Of a DNA stretch of 64,000 nt, positions 42,449 to 53,391 are shown in pieces. The notes beneath the pieces are model-generated. The model was not told where the DNA came from and made no database searches. It saw only the letters and a program-made list of their open reading frames with translations. The stretch's first letter is position 1. Every line of letters begins with the position of its first letter. Source of the DNA: an uncultured cyanobacterium. GTDB taxonomy: Bacteria > Cyanobacteriota > Cyanobacteriia > Cyanobacteriales > Cyanobacteriaceae. The stretch covers positions 96,001 through 160,000 of the forward strand of contig CAVQBA010000002.1 of NCBI GenBank assembly GCA_963710605.1. The letters are read 5' to 3'. The translations under genes and the position numbers were made by a program.

Positions 42449-42537
42449 TTTTTTTGATAATAGTGGGATAGATTCAAGAAAGGAGAATTGACTATTTAGA
42501 TTCTCCATTCTTAATTCTTTTTTTCCTTATCTATTAT

Positions 42538-43215
42538 CTAAGATACTTTTTGATTAATTTTCATATTAGGAGGGCGGTTAGTAGGTTGAGAATTTTGATA
42601 TACTTGTTGGCGACCATTTGTTGTAATTCTTAACATTTCGCTCAAATCCCGTTCAAGTTTTAATAACACAGAATCGGTATAGTTATCAGCTTCACGGTGT
42701 ATTTCATCAGCTTCAACTAGAGCTTGTTTTTTCATTTGAATAACTTCTTGCTGAATTTTCTTGCGTATTTGTTCTACTTCAGACATCGTCTTACGTTGTA
42801 GATTTTCGCAATCAGTTTGTACTTGTTTTTTGATTTGATATGCTTGGTTTTCTGCTTGTTTAGTAATTCTAGATTCATCAAGCAATTGACTAGCTTTATT
42901 ACGTGCATCGGTGACTATTTTTTGAGCATAATTTTGGGCATCAGCGATCATTTTTTCTCTTTGTGCCAAAATATCTACTGCTTGTGCGTAGCAGTCTGGG
43001 ATATTAATACGTATATCATCTAATTGACGAGTGATCGCTTCTTCATCAACTAAAGTTTTGTTAATGAAAGGAATACTAATGCCATCCATTACCATGTCTT
43101 CTAAACGATCGATTTCTTCGATTATAAGAAAACCAATTTCTTCTACATGGGGAGGATTTGGAAGGTTAGAAGCTTGATTTTGCGGTTGTTGAGAGTTGAT
43201 AGGAGTATTACTCAT
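42538..43215 (-). CDS. DivIVA-like coiled-coil cell division protein (Cdv3-like)
   Basis: IDRLEDMV..G..IPF..KTLVDEE...QLDDIR and EADNYTDSVL..LE...NGR. Confidence 0.75.
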   Translation of the reverse strand: MSNTPINSQQPQNQASNLPNPPHVEEIGFLIIEEIDRLEDMVMDGISIPFINKTLVDEEAITRQLDDIRINIPDCYAQAVDILAQREKMIADAQNYAQKIVTDARNKASQLLDESRITKQAENQAYQIKKQVQTDCENLQRKTMSEVEQIRKKIQQEVIQMKKQALVEADEIHREADNYTDSVLLKLERDLSEMLRITTNGRQQVYQNSQPTNRPPNMKINQKVS

Positions 43216-43876
43216 GATTATAATTTTACCAATTATTGCGGTTACAATGCCTTTTGTTTAATAAGTCAAATATTATCGAAATAATTAAGACTATATCTCA
43301 AAGTGTAGAAAAAGAATATATTAATTTTAGTTCAAGAATATCTTAATTTTACAATTGCTGGTTTTTTGCCATTAGCCGTGATTAATCCGTTGACATTTTT
43401 TGATGATTATTTTTACTTTTTGCTTTTAATATAGCTTTTTTGATACTCTTGAAATATATTCAACATTTAGTTAAATAAAGTTAGAAACAATTAGCGAGTT
43501 AAAACTCAAATATAACAATAGGTAATAAATAGTTATAACAGCTAAATAGCATTTTGGGAAAACTATTCTCTTTTATCGCCTGTTAGCTCAACTAACTAAT
43601 TATCAAAACTAAGATACTCTAATTATTTTTCTGATATTTGAATGGCTTTTATTTATTTGGTATTATAGCCAAGAATAATTGAGACAAATGACGATCGTTA
43701 TCTATCTAAACACGGCTAATTATTAACTATTCGTTAGACTCTATTCACAATTACCTTATTCTTAACACTTAACACCTAATACCTCGTATTTGTAAAGATG
43801 TTTTCGATAAACGTCTCTATTTGTTTTGCTACACTAGAGGTAATCAATAATTTTAGGTTCTCAGTAATTATTAATT

Positions 43877-44206
43877 ATGGCTAATAATTCAGAAAATATC
43901 TTACAAAAGGCTTTTTATTTGGGTGTTGGGATGGCAGGTTTAGCAGTAGAAAAAGCAACCGACACATTACAAGAATTAAAAAAACAAACAGAAGCGATCG
44001 CATCTTATCCTGATTTTCCCCAAAAACTACAGCAAATTGCCGATGGAATGGTGGCTAAAGGTAAAATGAGTACTGAAGAAGCTCGTAAATATGTCGATGA
44101 AATACTTCTTCAACAACAATCTTCTACCACTTCTGTGGTTAATGAATCAACTACTACTACTAGCTCACCTAGAACGATCGATATCGTAGTTGATGATGAT
44201 GAATAA
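43877..44206 (+). CDS. Phasin-like small protein
   Basis: QKAFYLGVGMA..A.EKA and MVAKGKMSTEEARKYVD. Confidence 0.7.
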   Translation: MANNSENILQKAFYLGVGMAGLAVEKATDTLQELKKQTEAIASYPDFPQKLQQIADGMVAKGKMSTEEARKYVDEILLQQQSSTTSVVNESTTTTSSPRTIDIVVDDDE

Positions 44207-44498
44207 ATATTTGACTAAACCTTATGTTAATTAATTGGCAATAAATTTCTCGAATTAGCTTTGGTATTTTTGCATATATTGATTGTCGTGAAAATATTCC
44301 CTAAAGAATAATGTGGCTTAAACTCAAAAGTAAATAGAGTAAAAACTAAGTAAAATTAACTTGTTGACTAATATAAATCAATCACTATAACAACAATCTA
44401 ATCTTGCCTAGAAAATTTATTGACAAATATTTAAACAAACAATAAGAACAAAATTAAGATAAATTATAACTAACTAATCGCTATACAAATTAAAAAAG

Positions 44499-44963
44499 AT
44501 GGATAATTGGGAAGACAGTTTTAATAAATGGTTAGCAGATGTTCAAAAAAACTTCGATAATTTCTCAGAAAATATTGATACAGATATCGATAAAACCGTT
44601 GAGATAGCTAATCAAGAAATTGATAAGTTGATGGAAGAATGTGAAGAATACATAGAAGATATATCGATCGAATTCAACCATGCCTTGGTGGAAACAGAGA
44701 CATTTTTCAACCAATTTCTTCACTTATTGCTAGATTTCGATTTAGACGGTGATGGAGATTCTAGAGATTATAATATTGGTAATTGGGAAGATTGGTTTCC
44801 TGAGCATGACGAACAACCTAAACCTAATCCAAGAAAGCACCCTGCTTGTGTTGGATGTAATAACTATCATGGTTATATTTATGGTGGTGATTTATTAGTT
44901 TGTGCAATGCACCCGTATGGTTGGGAAGGAGAAAAATGCCCTGATTGGCAAGCCCCTAATTAA
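44499..44963 (+). CDS. Conserved hypothetical protein with Cys/His C-terminal motif
   Basis: HPACVGCNNYHG..YGG..LVCAMHPYG....CPDW. Confidence 0.75.
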   Translation: MDNWEDSFNKWLADVQKNFDNFSENIDTDIDKTVEIANQEIDKLMEECEEYIEDISIEFNHALVETETFFNQFLHLLLDFDLDGDGDSRDYNIGNWEDWFPEHDEQPKPNPRKHPACVGCNNYHGYIYGGDLLVCAMHPYGWEGEKCPDWQAPN

Positions 44964-45090
44964 GAAGTAAAAAGTAAAAAGTATGTTTAGTCGAAAAAAC
45001 TAAATATACCCTCTTTAAAAAGAGAAAGCAAAACAGATTACTATCAGGGCAATTGATAGTTAATCATTAAGAATCTAAAATATTAATTAT

Positions 45091-45753
45091 TTACTCTTCT
45101 AGGTTGTCTATTGAGTGAAGTTGATTAATTTTTTCAGCACAAATTTGAGTAGTAGCTTCTAACTGCTCTTTTTTTGTCGAAGAAGGAGGTGCGATAATCT
45201 CACCAATTCTCACTTCAACACGAATCAACTTAGGTAACTTACTTCCTCGTTGCAAAATTTTATCCGTACCATAAAGACACACAGGTAAAAGAGGGGCTTG
45301 TGTTTTAGCCGCAATCAATGCCGCACCTAATTTAGGCTCATGTATTTTGGCGTCGATCGTTCTTTTTCCTTCTAAAAAAATACCCGTTGCCCAACCTTCT
45401 TCGATACGGGCAATTGCTTGTCTGATAGCACGCCGATCAAATCCTGCTCGATTAACAGGATAAGCACCCAAAGAAGTAATCAGTTGACTCAAACCATTGA
45501 CAGCAAATAGTTCTTGTTTAGCCATATAAGAAACAGGACGAGGAATAGCCGCCGAGATAAGGGGGGGATCAAAAACACTAGCGTGATTACTAACAACGAT
45601 CAATTTACCTTCTAGAGGAACTTTTTGCGCACCAATAACCTTGCCTCGAAAATAAATATTAAAAAATGGCTTAACAATGATATTGTTGACTAAATTATAA
45701 ACCGTTTTACCTGTTTGGACTATTTCTACAGGATTAGTAATATTTTTATTCAT
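45091..45753 (-). CDS. plsC: 1-acyl-sn-glycerol-3-phosphate acyltransferase
   Basis: SNHASVFDPP, MAKQELF and IFLEGKR. Confidence 0.88.
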   Translation of the reverse strand: MNKNITNPVEIVQTGKTVYNLVNNIIVKPFFNIYFRGKVIGAQKVPLEGKLIVVSNHASVFDPPLISAAIPRPVSYMAKQELFAVNGLSQLITSLGAYPVNRAGFDRRAIRQAIARIEEGWATGIFLEGKRTIDAKIHEPKLGAALIAAKTQAPLLPVCLYGTDKILQRGSKLPKLIRVEVRIGEIIAPPSSTKKEQLEATTQICAEKINQLHSIDNLEE

Positions 45754-45860
45754 AAGAATTATTTATATTTTTGAGAATTAATATTTTTACCGAAAGACAA
45801 AGTTGTTGTTACAATACGGGGGATCAGTTTAAGCTTATTTCCTCAACTCATTCATTATTT

Positions 45861-46778
45861 ATGCTTAAAAAACAGAATATTTTTAATTTACTTTCTATTT
45901 GTGCTGTTTTAACCACTACTTCTGTCTCAGCACAGCCAATAGTGACTGAAATAGAGCCAATCAGACCGATACAAGAGTTTACGACTACCCCTTTATCTAC
46001 CTCTGTCTCTACACCTACATCTATTCCTATTTATGTACCTCTACCTGAAAAATCACAATCTACAGGATATTGTAGTACTGTTTTAGCTCCTAAGATCGAA
46101 AATGTGATTCGACGTTATGGAGGAGGATGGGGTATTCTGGTTCAAAAACTAGATGATGGACAAACAATCTATCATTACAATGCCGATCGACATTTTATTC
46201 CTGCTTCTAATATGAAGTTGTTAACAACCGCCGCCGCATTGCAAAGAATCAATCCGAATACTAAAATAAGTGCTAATAAATCTTTAACTGAATGGGTTCA
46301 AATTACTAATCTTCGTAGTAATAACTATTATGCCGATACATTATTAAAAAAATTAGGTGGTGGTAGTGTAGCTAAAACTACTTTAACCAATTTAGGTGTC
46401 AATCCCGGTGGTTTTCATTTTGCTGATGGTTCGGGTTTATCTCGTCGTAATATCGCTACACCTAGAGTTTTAGTTGATACTCTTAGAGTAATGTATAGTG
46501 ATCCTAATCGGGATATCTTTTTTGCTTCTTTACCAACTGCTGGGGTGAGTGGCACTTTACGTAATCGGATGAAAAAAACCCCTGCTCAAGGTCTAGTTCA
46601 TGCTAAAACAGGTACTCTAAGAGGTGTAAGAGCATTGTCAGGTTATTTAGATCATCGAGAATATGGAACTTTGATTTTTAGCATTCTAGCGAATCATCCG
46701 AGTCAATCTGGCACAAGCTTAGTTAAAGCGATCGATGAAATCGTTTTAAGTATTAATACCACTTCAACTTGTCAATAA
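45861..46778 (+). CDS. dacB: D-Ala-D-Ala carboxypeptidase/endopeptidase, compact S13 family
   Basis: ASNMK (SxxK), SNN, DGSGLSR and AKTGTL; ATG at 45861 followed by a signal peptide. Confidence 0.85.
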   Translation: MLKKQNIFNLLSICAVLTTTSVSAQPIVTEIEPIRPIQEFTTTPLSTSVSTPTSIPIYVPLPEKSQSTGYCSTVLAPKIENVIRRYGGGWGILVQKLDDGQTIYHYNADRHFIPASNMKLLTTAAALQRINPNTKISANKSLTEWVQITNLRSNNYYADTLLKKLGGGSVAKTTLTNLGVNPGGFHFADGSGLSRRNIATPRVLVDTLRVMYSDPNRDIFFASLPTAGVSGTLRNRMKKTPAQGLVHAKTGTLRGVRALSGYLDHREYGTLIFSILANHPSQSGTSLVKAIDEIVLSINTTSTCQ

Positions 46779-46878
46779 GAATTTAAGTAAAGTAAAGTTA
46801 TGTTGTAAATTTTACTATTATTGCTTCATTAATGTTAATTAATAATAAAAGTTCAATGTAATTGTTAGCAAAATACTA

Positions 46879-47265
46879 ATGCAAGTTTACGTTCTTTTAT
46901 ATAATGTTGGCACCGTCAACGAAGGTATCCACACAATTCAAATTGCCAATCAAGATATGGTATTAATGTTTGAATCTGAAGATGATGCTACTCGTTACTC
47001 CATCTTACTAGAAGCCCAAGACTTTATGACTCCTTCTGTTGAAAAGATTGATAGTCAGGAAATAGAAGATTTTTGTCTTCAGGCAGGTTATCAAACCAAG
47101 TTAGTCACCGAAGGAATGTTAGAAATTCCTCCAGAAACAAACGTTGATAGTACCGATTGGAATCAAACAGGAAAATATTCGCCACCTGAAGAATCTAAAT
47201 CTCCCGAACAAGTGCAATCTGCGGAATTAGAACGTATTCGTCGTCAGTTAGAAGGATTGCTTTGA
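46879..47265 (+). CDS. DUF3110 domain protein
   Basis: NEGIHTI, VLMFESEDDATRY..LLEAQDF and IRRQLEGLL. Confidence 0.85.
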   Translation: MQVYVLLYNVGTVNEGIHTIQIANQDMVLMFESEDDATRYSILLEAQDFMTPSVEKIDSQEIEDFCLQAGYQTKLVTEGMLEIPPETNVDSTDWNQTGKYSPPEESKSPEQVQSAELERIRRQLEGLL

Positions 47266-47780
47266 AGATAATTAATCATCAATAATTAAAGAACTTCATT
47301 GTCTATTATTGTATTACTTCTGAGACTGTCGGGAAAAACTAATTTTCACCAATCTAAGACTTTTATACCGAAAGAGTGTATAAGCTCGTTTTTAAGACAA
47401 TGATTATTAGATGTGTATCAACTAACTACTTGTTAAAAGACTGATTAATTAAAATAAATTGAAAAATAAGCGTATATTCAAAAATATGATCTTCTTAACA
47501 ATCTTTTTAGATGATCTTAGTTGATAACTTTTATGAGTAAATTCTTAAGATAAGAGCAAAAAATATAATAATAGATTTGTCAATAATTAATCAGAACAAA
47601 TATTATTCTGACATTATTGTTAATAATATTTAGTTAGCTCAAAATAAAGTTATTACAAAATAAACATTCTGAAATTCGGCATCTTATTTTATAGTAAAAC
47701 AATGATACTTAACGTAGATTAAAAATTAATTATTGAGTAAAAAATATTACTAATTATTTTGCTTCTTAACATTTTCGATT

Positions 47781-48236
47781 ATGAACGAAAAAACAATCTA
47801 TCTTTTTTTAGCTTTAGTAGGTGGGGCAGTTATTCCCGTTCAAATTGCCTTAAATAGCCTCTTACGTGGATACGTTGGCGAAGCAATGCAAGTAACATTT
47901 ATCTCTTTTTTAGCAGGTACACTTACTTCTTTTATAGTTTGTTTGATTGCACAATATCAAATTCCGCAAATATCAACTTTAACTCAAACATCTTGGTGGA
48001 TGTGGATTGGTGGATGTTTGGGTACACTTTATGTGTTGTCAACTATTTTGGCTACTCCTAAAATAGGAGCGGCTTTTACTTTAGCTTTAACTATTGCAGG
48101 TCAAATGATCATAGCACTATTTTTAGATCATTATGGAGCAATTGGTTTAACAAAACAAGCCGCTAACCCAACTAGAATCACTGGTGTTGTTTTAGTTATT
48201 TTAGGTGTATCTTTAGTTGCATATACCAAAAAATAA
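47781..48236 (+). CDS. DMT family transporter (YdcZ-like)
   Basis: Q.ALNS.L, WWMWIGGCLG and GQM..ALFLDHYG. Confidence 0.88.
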   Translation: MNEKTIYLFLALVGGAVIPVQIALNSLLRGYVGEAMQVTFISFLAGTLTSFIVCLIAQYQIPQISTLTQTSWWMWIGGCLGTLYVLSTILATPKIGAAFTLALTIAGQMIIALFLDHYGAIGLTKQAANPTRITGVVLVILGVSLVAYTKK

Positions 48237-48755
48237 AGTTGATACAGATGATAAATAAATTGATAACTAATTACAAAATAAACTATTTTTACTCAAAATA
48301 ACTAGTAATATTAGTGTTTTTGAATAAATAAAAAAACTAAGTTTGAGTTTAGACTGAATATAGTTCTTAAGTACTATCACAGTAATAGTTAAATAATCAA
48401 TTTAATGGCGTTAATTAAATCAAAAGCCAAACATTAAATGGTAAATAAAAAAAGTTAACATTTATTTCTTAATTAAGTGGTGAGCAATTGCTGATAAACT
48501 AAACTAATAATTATCTGTCTGTTTTTTATGATATTTTTTTACTATTTATAGTAGGATATTAAATAATAATTAACGCTTATTGATAAGTATAAATATTATT
48601 TAATATTTATTTACCTAATAATAATTGATGTTTAGACTAATTAATAATAATAAAAAAACTAACCTTCGACTTACTGGTTATTTATAAAAAAATAATTTAA
48701 ATTATTGATAGTTGTTAGTGTAATCAATATTAATCCTTAATTTTTAGATAAAATT

Positions 48756-49643
48756 ATGACTCAACCAAATCAAAACGACAACATTGACATTCAAACAGAA
48801 ACTAACTCTGATGAAAATTTGATTGTGACATCAAATAAAGAAATGATTACTGATGAAGATTTAATTGTTACATCAACTGAAGAAGTTGTTTCGCCTTCAA
48901 TTTCTAAGACACCTTCTGTTTCCATGAATCAAAAAGTTGATAAACTTGGCGACTTTAGTTTAAATATACTTAGATCACTGGGTATTTTACGATTATCAGG
49001 TTATGTGTTACTAATCCTATTTTTTATGGATGCAGTAGAAATTTTAGTACCACCTCGATTTTTAAATCCAGAATGGGAATTTCAAACAATCGGACAATTT
49101 GTCGAAAGAGTACCGATTCCGTTAATTTCTCTTCTATTTATTTTTTATGGTGGTAAGTATTTACGCAAAGGTTGGGAATCGATCGTTTTATTTATTAGTT
49201 CGTGGTTAACATTATTAATAGGAATACTATTTTTAATTGCTGTACCTTTAGGTATCATTAATACATTTAGAATTGATAATACTGCTCAAACTAACATCAC
49301 TGAAGGCGCACAACAAAGATTAGAGGTTTTCCAGCAAGTAGAAGATAGATTAGATGATGTACAAACTACCGAACAAATGCAAGTTTTAATTGCTCAATTA
49401 AATAGTGGTAATGCACCTCGAATTGAAAATAATCAACAATTAGAATTAGCCAAAACAGAGCTAACTCAATTTATCGAGCAAAGTCGAAATAGACTTAATC
49501 GTGATGCTGAAGCGAGAAAAGGTCAAGCTCGAAGAAGGTTACTAAAAAGTTCTGTAAAATGGAATGTAGGTGCTTTGATTTCGGGAGTTTTGTTTATCGT
49601 AATTTGGAAGATGACTAAATGGGCAAGAGTAAAAGGAAGTTAA
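48756..49643 (+). CDS. HpsJ-like membrane protein
   Basis: PPRFLNPEWEFQTIGQFVERVPIPL and KSSVKWNVGALISG. Confidence 0.75.
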   Translation: MTQPNQNDNIDIQTETNSDENLIVTSNKEMITDEDLIVTSTEEVVSPSISKTPSVSMNQKVDKLGDFSLNILRSLGILRLSGYVLLILFFMDAVEILVPPRFLNPEWEFQTIGQFVERVPIPLISLLFIFYGGKYLRKGWESIVLFISSWLTLLIGILFLIAVPLGIINTFRIDNTAQTNITEGAQQRLEVFQQVEDRLDDVQTTEQMQVLIAQLNSGNAPRIENNQQLELAKTELTQFIEQSRNRLNRDAEARKGQARRRLLKSSVKWNVGALISGVLFIVIWKMTKWARVKGS

Positions 49644-49767
49644 TCAGTTGACAATTGATAATTGACAATTGACAATTAATATTTTTTACTTCACTCTTTG
49701 TACTTATAGTTATTTCAATAAAGAGGTGAGACAGTAATAATAATTTGAAAAACGAAAGTCATTTACC

Positions 49768-49818
49768 CACCGTGTAATAAATTTCACGGCTAATAGATAT
49801 CGTTTAATAAATTAAACT
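49768..49818 (-). repeat. Dispersed double-hairpin repeat, copy 4
   Basis: Reverse complement AGTTTAATTTATTAAACG...TTAGCCGTGAAATTTATTACACGG. Confidence 0.65.
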
Positions 49819-49915
49819 AAGATTTAATTCGTCAAAATTGTCTCATTGTTATTTTAAATTACTATAACTATAAATAAATTTTAAACTTGACTAATTTTTT
49901 GTTAGTTTTATCAAT

Positions 49916-52393
49916 TTATTTAAAGCCGAATTTGATTTTTAAGTTATCATCAATTTCGGCTATTTCAGTAATATCTATTCCTAATTTTTCGGCATCTTTA
50001 ATTGCTTTTTTATCGGCAGTATAGGCTATTTTTTCAGTTCTATATTCTGTCGGTAATTCTTGAGGTTTAACTTTAAGTTTAATTTTGGGATATTTACGAA
50101 AACTGATATTTCTTTCTTTACCTTGAGATTTTTTATTTAGTAATCCTTGTTGATATAACTCAAGTAGTTTTTGATGTAATAATTCTTGTCCTGTTTTTAA
50201 TTGTTGTATTTGCTGTTGAAGCATTTCGTTAATTTTTTTCTGTTTAGCGATCGTACTTACTATTGCTAATTCGTATTGATCATTTATCCAAGCGAAACCA
50301 TCAATATCAACGTTTAGTTTAGTCATCAAATTAAAAACTTCGTCTTCATCTTCAGTATTAATTAATTCTTGCCAAATTTGAGCCGCTAACGGATGATAAT
50401 TTTGCGGTAAATCTTGATAATCTTCTTCAACTACTTTAGTTGAATGAGAGCTAATATTTTGACTGATATTTTCAATGGATGATTGATAATCTTCTTCCTG
50501 ATTAAAATTATCGGTAGTCAAATGAGACTTTATCCATTCTGTTTTCATTTGGGCTAAAGACTCATCATAAAGTTGTAATATCTCCACGGAAGAGTGCATC
50601 TGTCTTTGTTGATAAATTTGTTGTAGTTGGGTTAATAACAAATGACGATTTTCGAGATCGGTATCTAGTTTTGAATATTGTTTGAATTGAAGATAAAATC
50701 GATTTAAACGATCGTCAAAGATATTTTGGCTTGAATTTGAGGTATTAATAAAAATCAGTTTTACTTGTCTTAAATCGCTATTTACACGAAGATAACTAAT
50801 TATTTCGGTTGCAAAAACGATCGCAATTTGCTCAACAGAAAGAGAAATCCCGTCAGCTAAAAAGACAGGAAAAGCGATCGACTCATAAGCACTAGTATCG
50901 GCTAAGGTGAGACAACGATGTACAATCGTTTGAATTAATTTTAAGTCAGTGAGTTGAGGATGCGCATAGTCATAAATCACAGCATGAAAAATAGTATCTA
51001 CCAATAAATTTCCGGCATTAGTGGTGATGATTTGCCCTAGTTGCTTAACGTTGGTTTGCTTTAATTGTTGAGTAATAGTTTTCCCGCCTTTAGTAACTAT
51101 TTCAGTAGCGATGGCTTCACTTAAAGATAAATCTCGATCGAGATAATTTATTAATACCTCTGTATTGATATTATCGATCGTGTTATATTCTAAAACCAAT
51201 TCAGTTTGATTGATGGTTGTATCCCAAAGCAGGTTACTAAAATTAGTCGAAGTCTGGGAATAATTACTAGTATTTAATTCAGTCGGATTTAATTGTAAAC
51301 CCTGTAAATTTTGCCAAGTGAGGGGTAAGCTAGCGGGATTTTGGCAGATAATAGGCAACCACGTGGCACAAGGATAGTCTTTTTCTAAAGGTTGTAATTT
51401 TTCTCTGGCTTGTCTGACGGCTAAATATAAAGGTTGATTATTAGCAAAACTTTGTAAAAATTGACGAATAAAAACGTGGGCAACCGCATCGGGTATCATT
51501 TCACCCATGACGATAATTTGGGCTAGATGTAAATTAGCTAAATCCTCGGCTAAACCAATTCCTTCACAAGAGTTAAAAATAGCAAGTCTTAAACCTTTAG
51601 CAATGGCTTTTTTTAGTGCTTTATTTAAGTCTTCGATTGTGATAATATCACTGTTGTTAAGGTGGAGTTTTCCTTCTCTAGTCTCTTGATTTGTACCGCT
51701 ATGCCCTGCAAAAAAAAGAATATCCCATTCTTGCTCATAAAGATGATTAAATAATTCTTCGGAGGTAGGAGTTACTAATGTAGTGATTTGAGCCGTTTTG
51801 AGATTACTGATAGCGTCTAAATCCGGTTGCAAGTCGATGCCTTCACTATTACCAAAAACAGCTAAAATTTTGATTTGGCTATGGTTTGCCGGAGGTAAAT
51901 TAATATTAGTATATTCGACAGGAGCGATCGCTACCTCAGCTTGAGGATAACGATTAAGAAAAGCATCAAAAAATAAATGCCAAGGAAGAAAACGTAATTC
52001 AGAAATATCAGTTTGTACCAAAAGACGAATCATATCTTGTGGATTTAACTCAGTCGAAAGTTTTTCACGCACTGTAGCAAAAGATTCTTGAGGGGAATTA
52101 TACCAACTAGATAACGCTACTTTTAATTGCGAAGCCGATTGCTGACAAGTATGGGTAATGTGGGTAATTTGTCTTGGGGATGAACCAAGTCTTACTTTTT
52201 GGTGTAAACTACGATAACTATTTTGCCATTGCTGATAATGTTGAGTAATAGGTTGGCAAGGAGGAAGTTTCCCTTTAATTGTGGTAAAAGGATGGGTAAT
52301 TCGATCGGGGTTATCTTCACAAATTTGGACGGTAACCGCAAATCCGTTGGCAAAATTACCTGATTCGATTTTAAACAGAATTAACTTACCCAT
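49916..52393 (-). CDS. CHAT domain + degenerate macrodomain + Siphovirus Gp157-like fusion protein
   Basis: FFAGHS and IFNSCEG (CHAT dyad); ITTNAGNL...IFHAV and SIAFP (macro); ISFRK...LPTEY...ADKKAIKDA..G (Gp157-like); ATG at 52393 preferred. Confidence 0.75.
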   Translation of the reverse strand: MGKLILFKIESGNFANGFAVTVQICEDNPDRITHPFTTIKGKLPPCQPITQHYQQWQNSYRSLHQKVRLGSSPRQITHITHTCQQSASQLKVALSSWYNSPQESFATVREKLSTELNPQDMIRLLVQTDISELRFLPWHLFFDAFLNRYPQAEVAIAPVEYTNINLPPANHSQIKILAVFGNSEGIDLQPDLDAISNLKTAQITTLVTPTSEELFNHLYEQEWDILFFAGHSGTNQETREGKLHLNNSDIITIEDLNKALKKAIAKGLRLAIFNSCEGIGLAEDLANLHLAQIIVMGEMIPDAVAHVFIRQFLQSFANNQPLYLAVRQAREKLQPLEKDYPCATWLPIICQNPASLPLTWQNLQGLQLNPTELNTSNYSQTSTNFSNLLWDTTINQTELVLEYNTIDNINTEVLINYLDRDLSLSEAIATEIVTKGGKTITQQLKQTNVKQLGQIITTNAGNLLVDTIFHAVIYDYAHPQLTDLKLIQTIVHRCLTLADTSAYESIAFPVFLADGISLSVEQIAIVFATEIISYLRVNSDLRQVKLIFINTSNSSQNIFDDRLNRFYLQFKQYSKLDTDLENRHLLLTQLQQIYQQRQMHSSVEILQLYDESLAQMKTEWIKSHLTTDNFNQEEDYQSSIENISQNISSHSTKVVEEDYQDLPQNYHPLAAQIWQELINTEDEDEVFNLMTKLNVDIDGFAWINDQYELAIVSTIAKQKKINEMLQQQIQQLKTGQELLHQKLLELYQQGLLNKKSQGKERNISFRKYPKIKLKVKPQELPTEYRTEKIAYTADKKAIKDAEKLGIDITEIAEIDDNLKIKFGFK

Positions 52394-52660
52394 AAATAAT
52401 GAATAATAAATAACGTACAATGAACAATTAATAATGAACAATGAATAATTAATTTACTAATTACTCTTATCCTGTCTCAATCTTAATCTAAACGACTATA
52501 ACTAATAATATAGCTAGTTATTAGAACTTACGCATTGACCCTAAATGTAGAGTAGGTAGTACCAAACTTTCTCCTACAGATAGCGTTAATAAAAGCTATT
52601 TTAATATTATTGTTATTTTCTTAATTCTTTTTGTAAACGACGATTGTAATTATTACTTTA

Positions 52661-53218
52661 ATGAATATCAATCAAGACTATTACCTTATTGTTGATTTGG
52701 AAGCTACTTGTAGTAACGATAAGTCTATTTCTTCTAAGAAAATGGAAATTATTGAAATAGGGGCGGTGATGCTCAATTCAACCACTCTGGAAGTAGAAAG
52801 CGAATATCAAACTTTTGTTAAGCCAATATTGTATCCTCAATTAACGGATTTTTGTAAGTCTCTTACTTCTATTACTCAAGAAGACGTTGATAATGCCCCT
52901 TTATTTCCTGATGCACTTAAAGATTTTCAATCTTGGTTTTATCCTTTTGGCAGTTATCTTTTTTGCTCTTGGGGAGACTATGACAAAAATCAGTTTAAGC
53001 TTGATTGTAAGTTATATAATATTGGTTACCCTTTTGCTAGTGAGCATCTTAATCTTAAGAAAGAATATACGGTTGTGACTAATTCTGCCAAAAAATGGGG
53101 AATGGTACAAGTATTAGAGCAACTAGATTTAAAATTAGAAGGTACACATCATAGAGGGATTGATGATGCTCGCAATATTGCCCGTATTGTTAAAGCTATA
53201 CGATCGAAACCGGTATGA
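52661..53218 (+). CDS. DEDDh 3'-5' exonuclease (ERI-1/KapD-like)
   Basis: VDLEATC, EIIEIGAV, SWGDYD and HHRGIDDA. Confidence 0.9.
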   Translation: MNINQDYYLIVDLEATCSNDKSISSKKMEIIEIGAVMLNSTTLEVESEYQTFVKPILYPQLTDFCKSLTSITQEDVDNAPLFPDALKDFQSWFYPFGSYLFCSWGDYDKNQFKLDCKLYNIGYPFASEHLNLKKEYTVVTNSAKKWGMVQVLEQLDLKLEGTHHRGIDDARNIARIVKAIRSKPV

Positions 53219-53391
53219 TAAATGAAGAATACAAAAGAATGGAGAATTGATTTTGAGTTTTTTGATTCGCAATTGCTAATTCACCGACTTTGATAATACT
53301 AATCACAATTGATAAGTATTATGTACCAAGCTAACTTTTTCCTTAATTTTTTTTTAGATTAGAAAAAGTAACCTAATCTAAATCTGTCAAA

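Noticed and set aside
47266-48755. Long AT-rich intergenic stretches as possible RNA genes or origin
   Set aside because: No tRNA or riboswitch structure and no convincing DnaA-box cluster seen
49916-50392. Prophage, suggested by the Gp157-like domain
   Set aside because: No integrase, structural or other phage genes nearby
52524-52580. AGAACTTACGCATTGAC...GTAG..CCTAC, like the end of a cyanobacterial MITE
   Set aside because: No matching second end; too degraded to call
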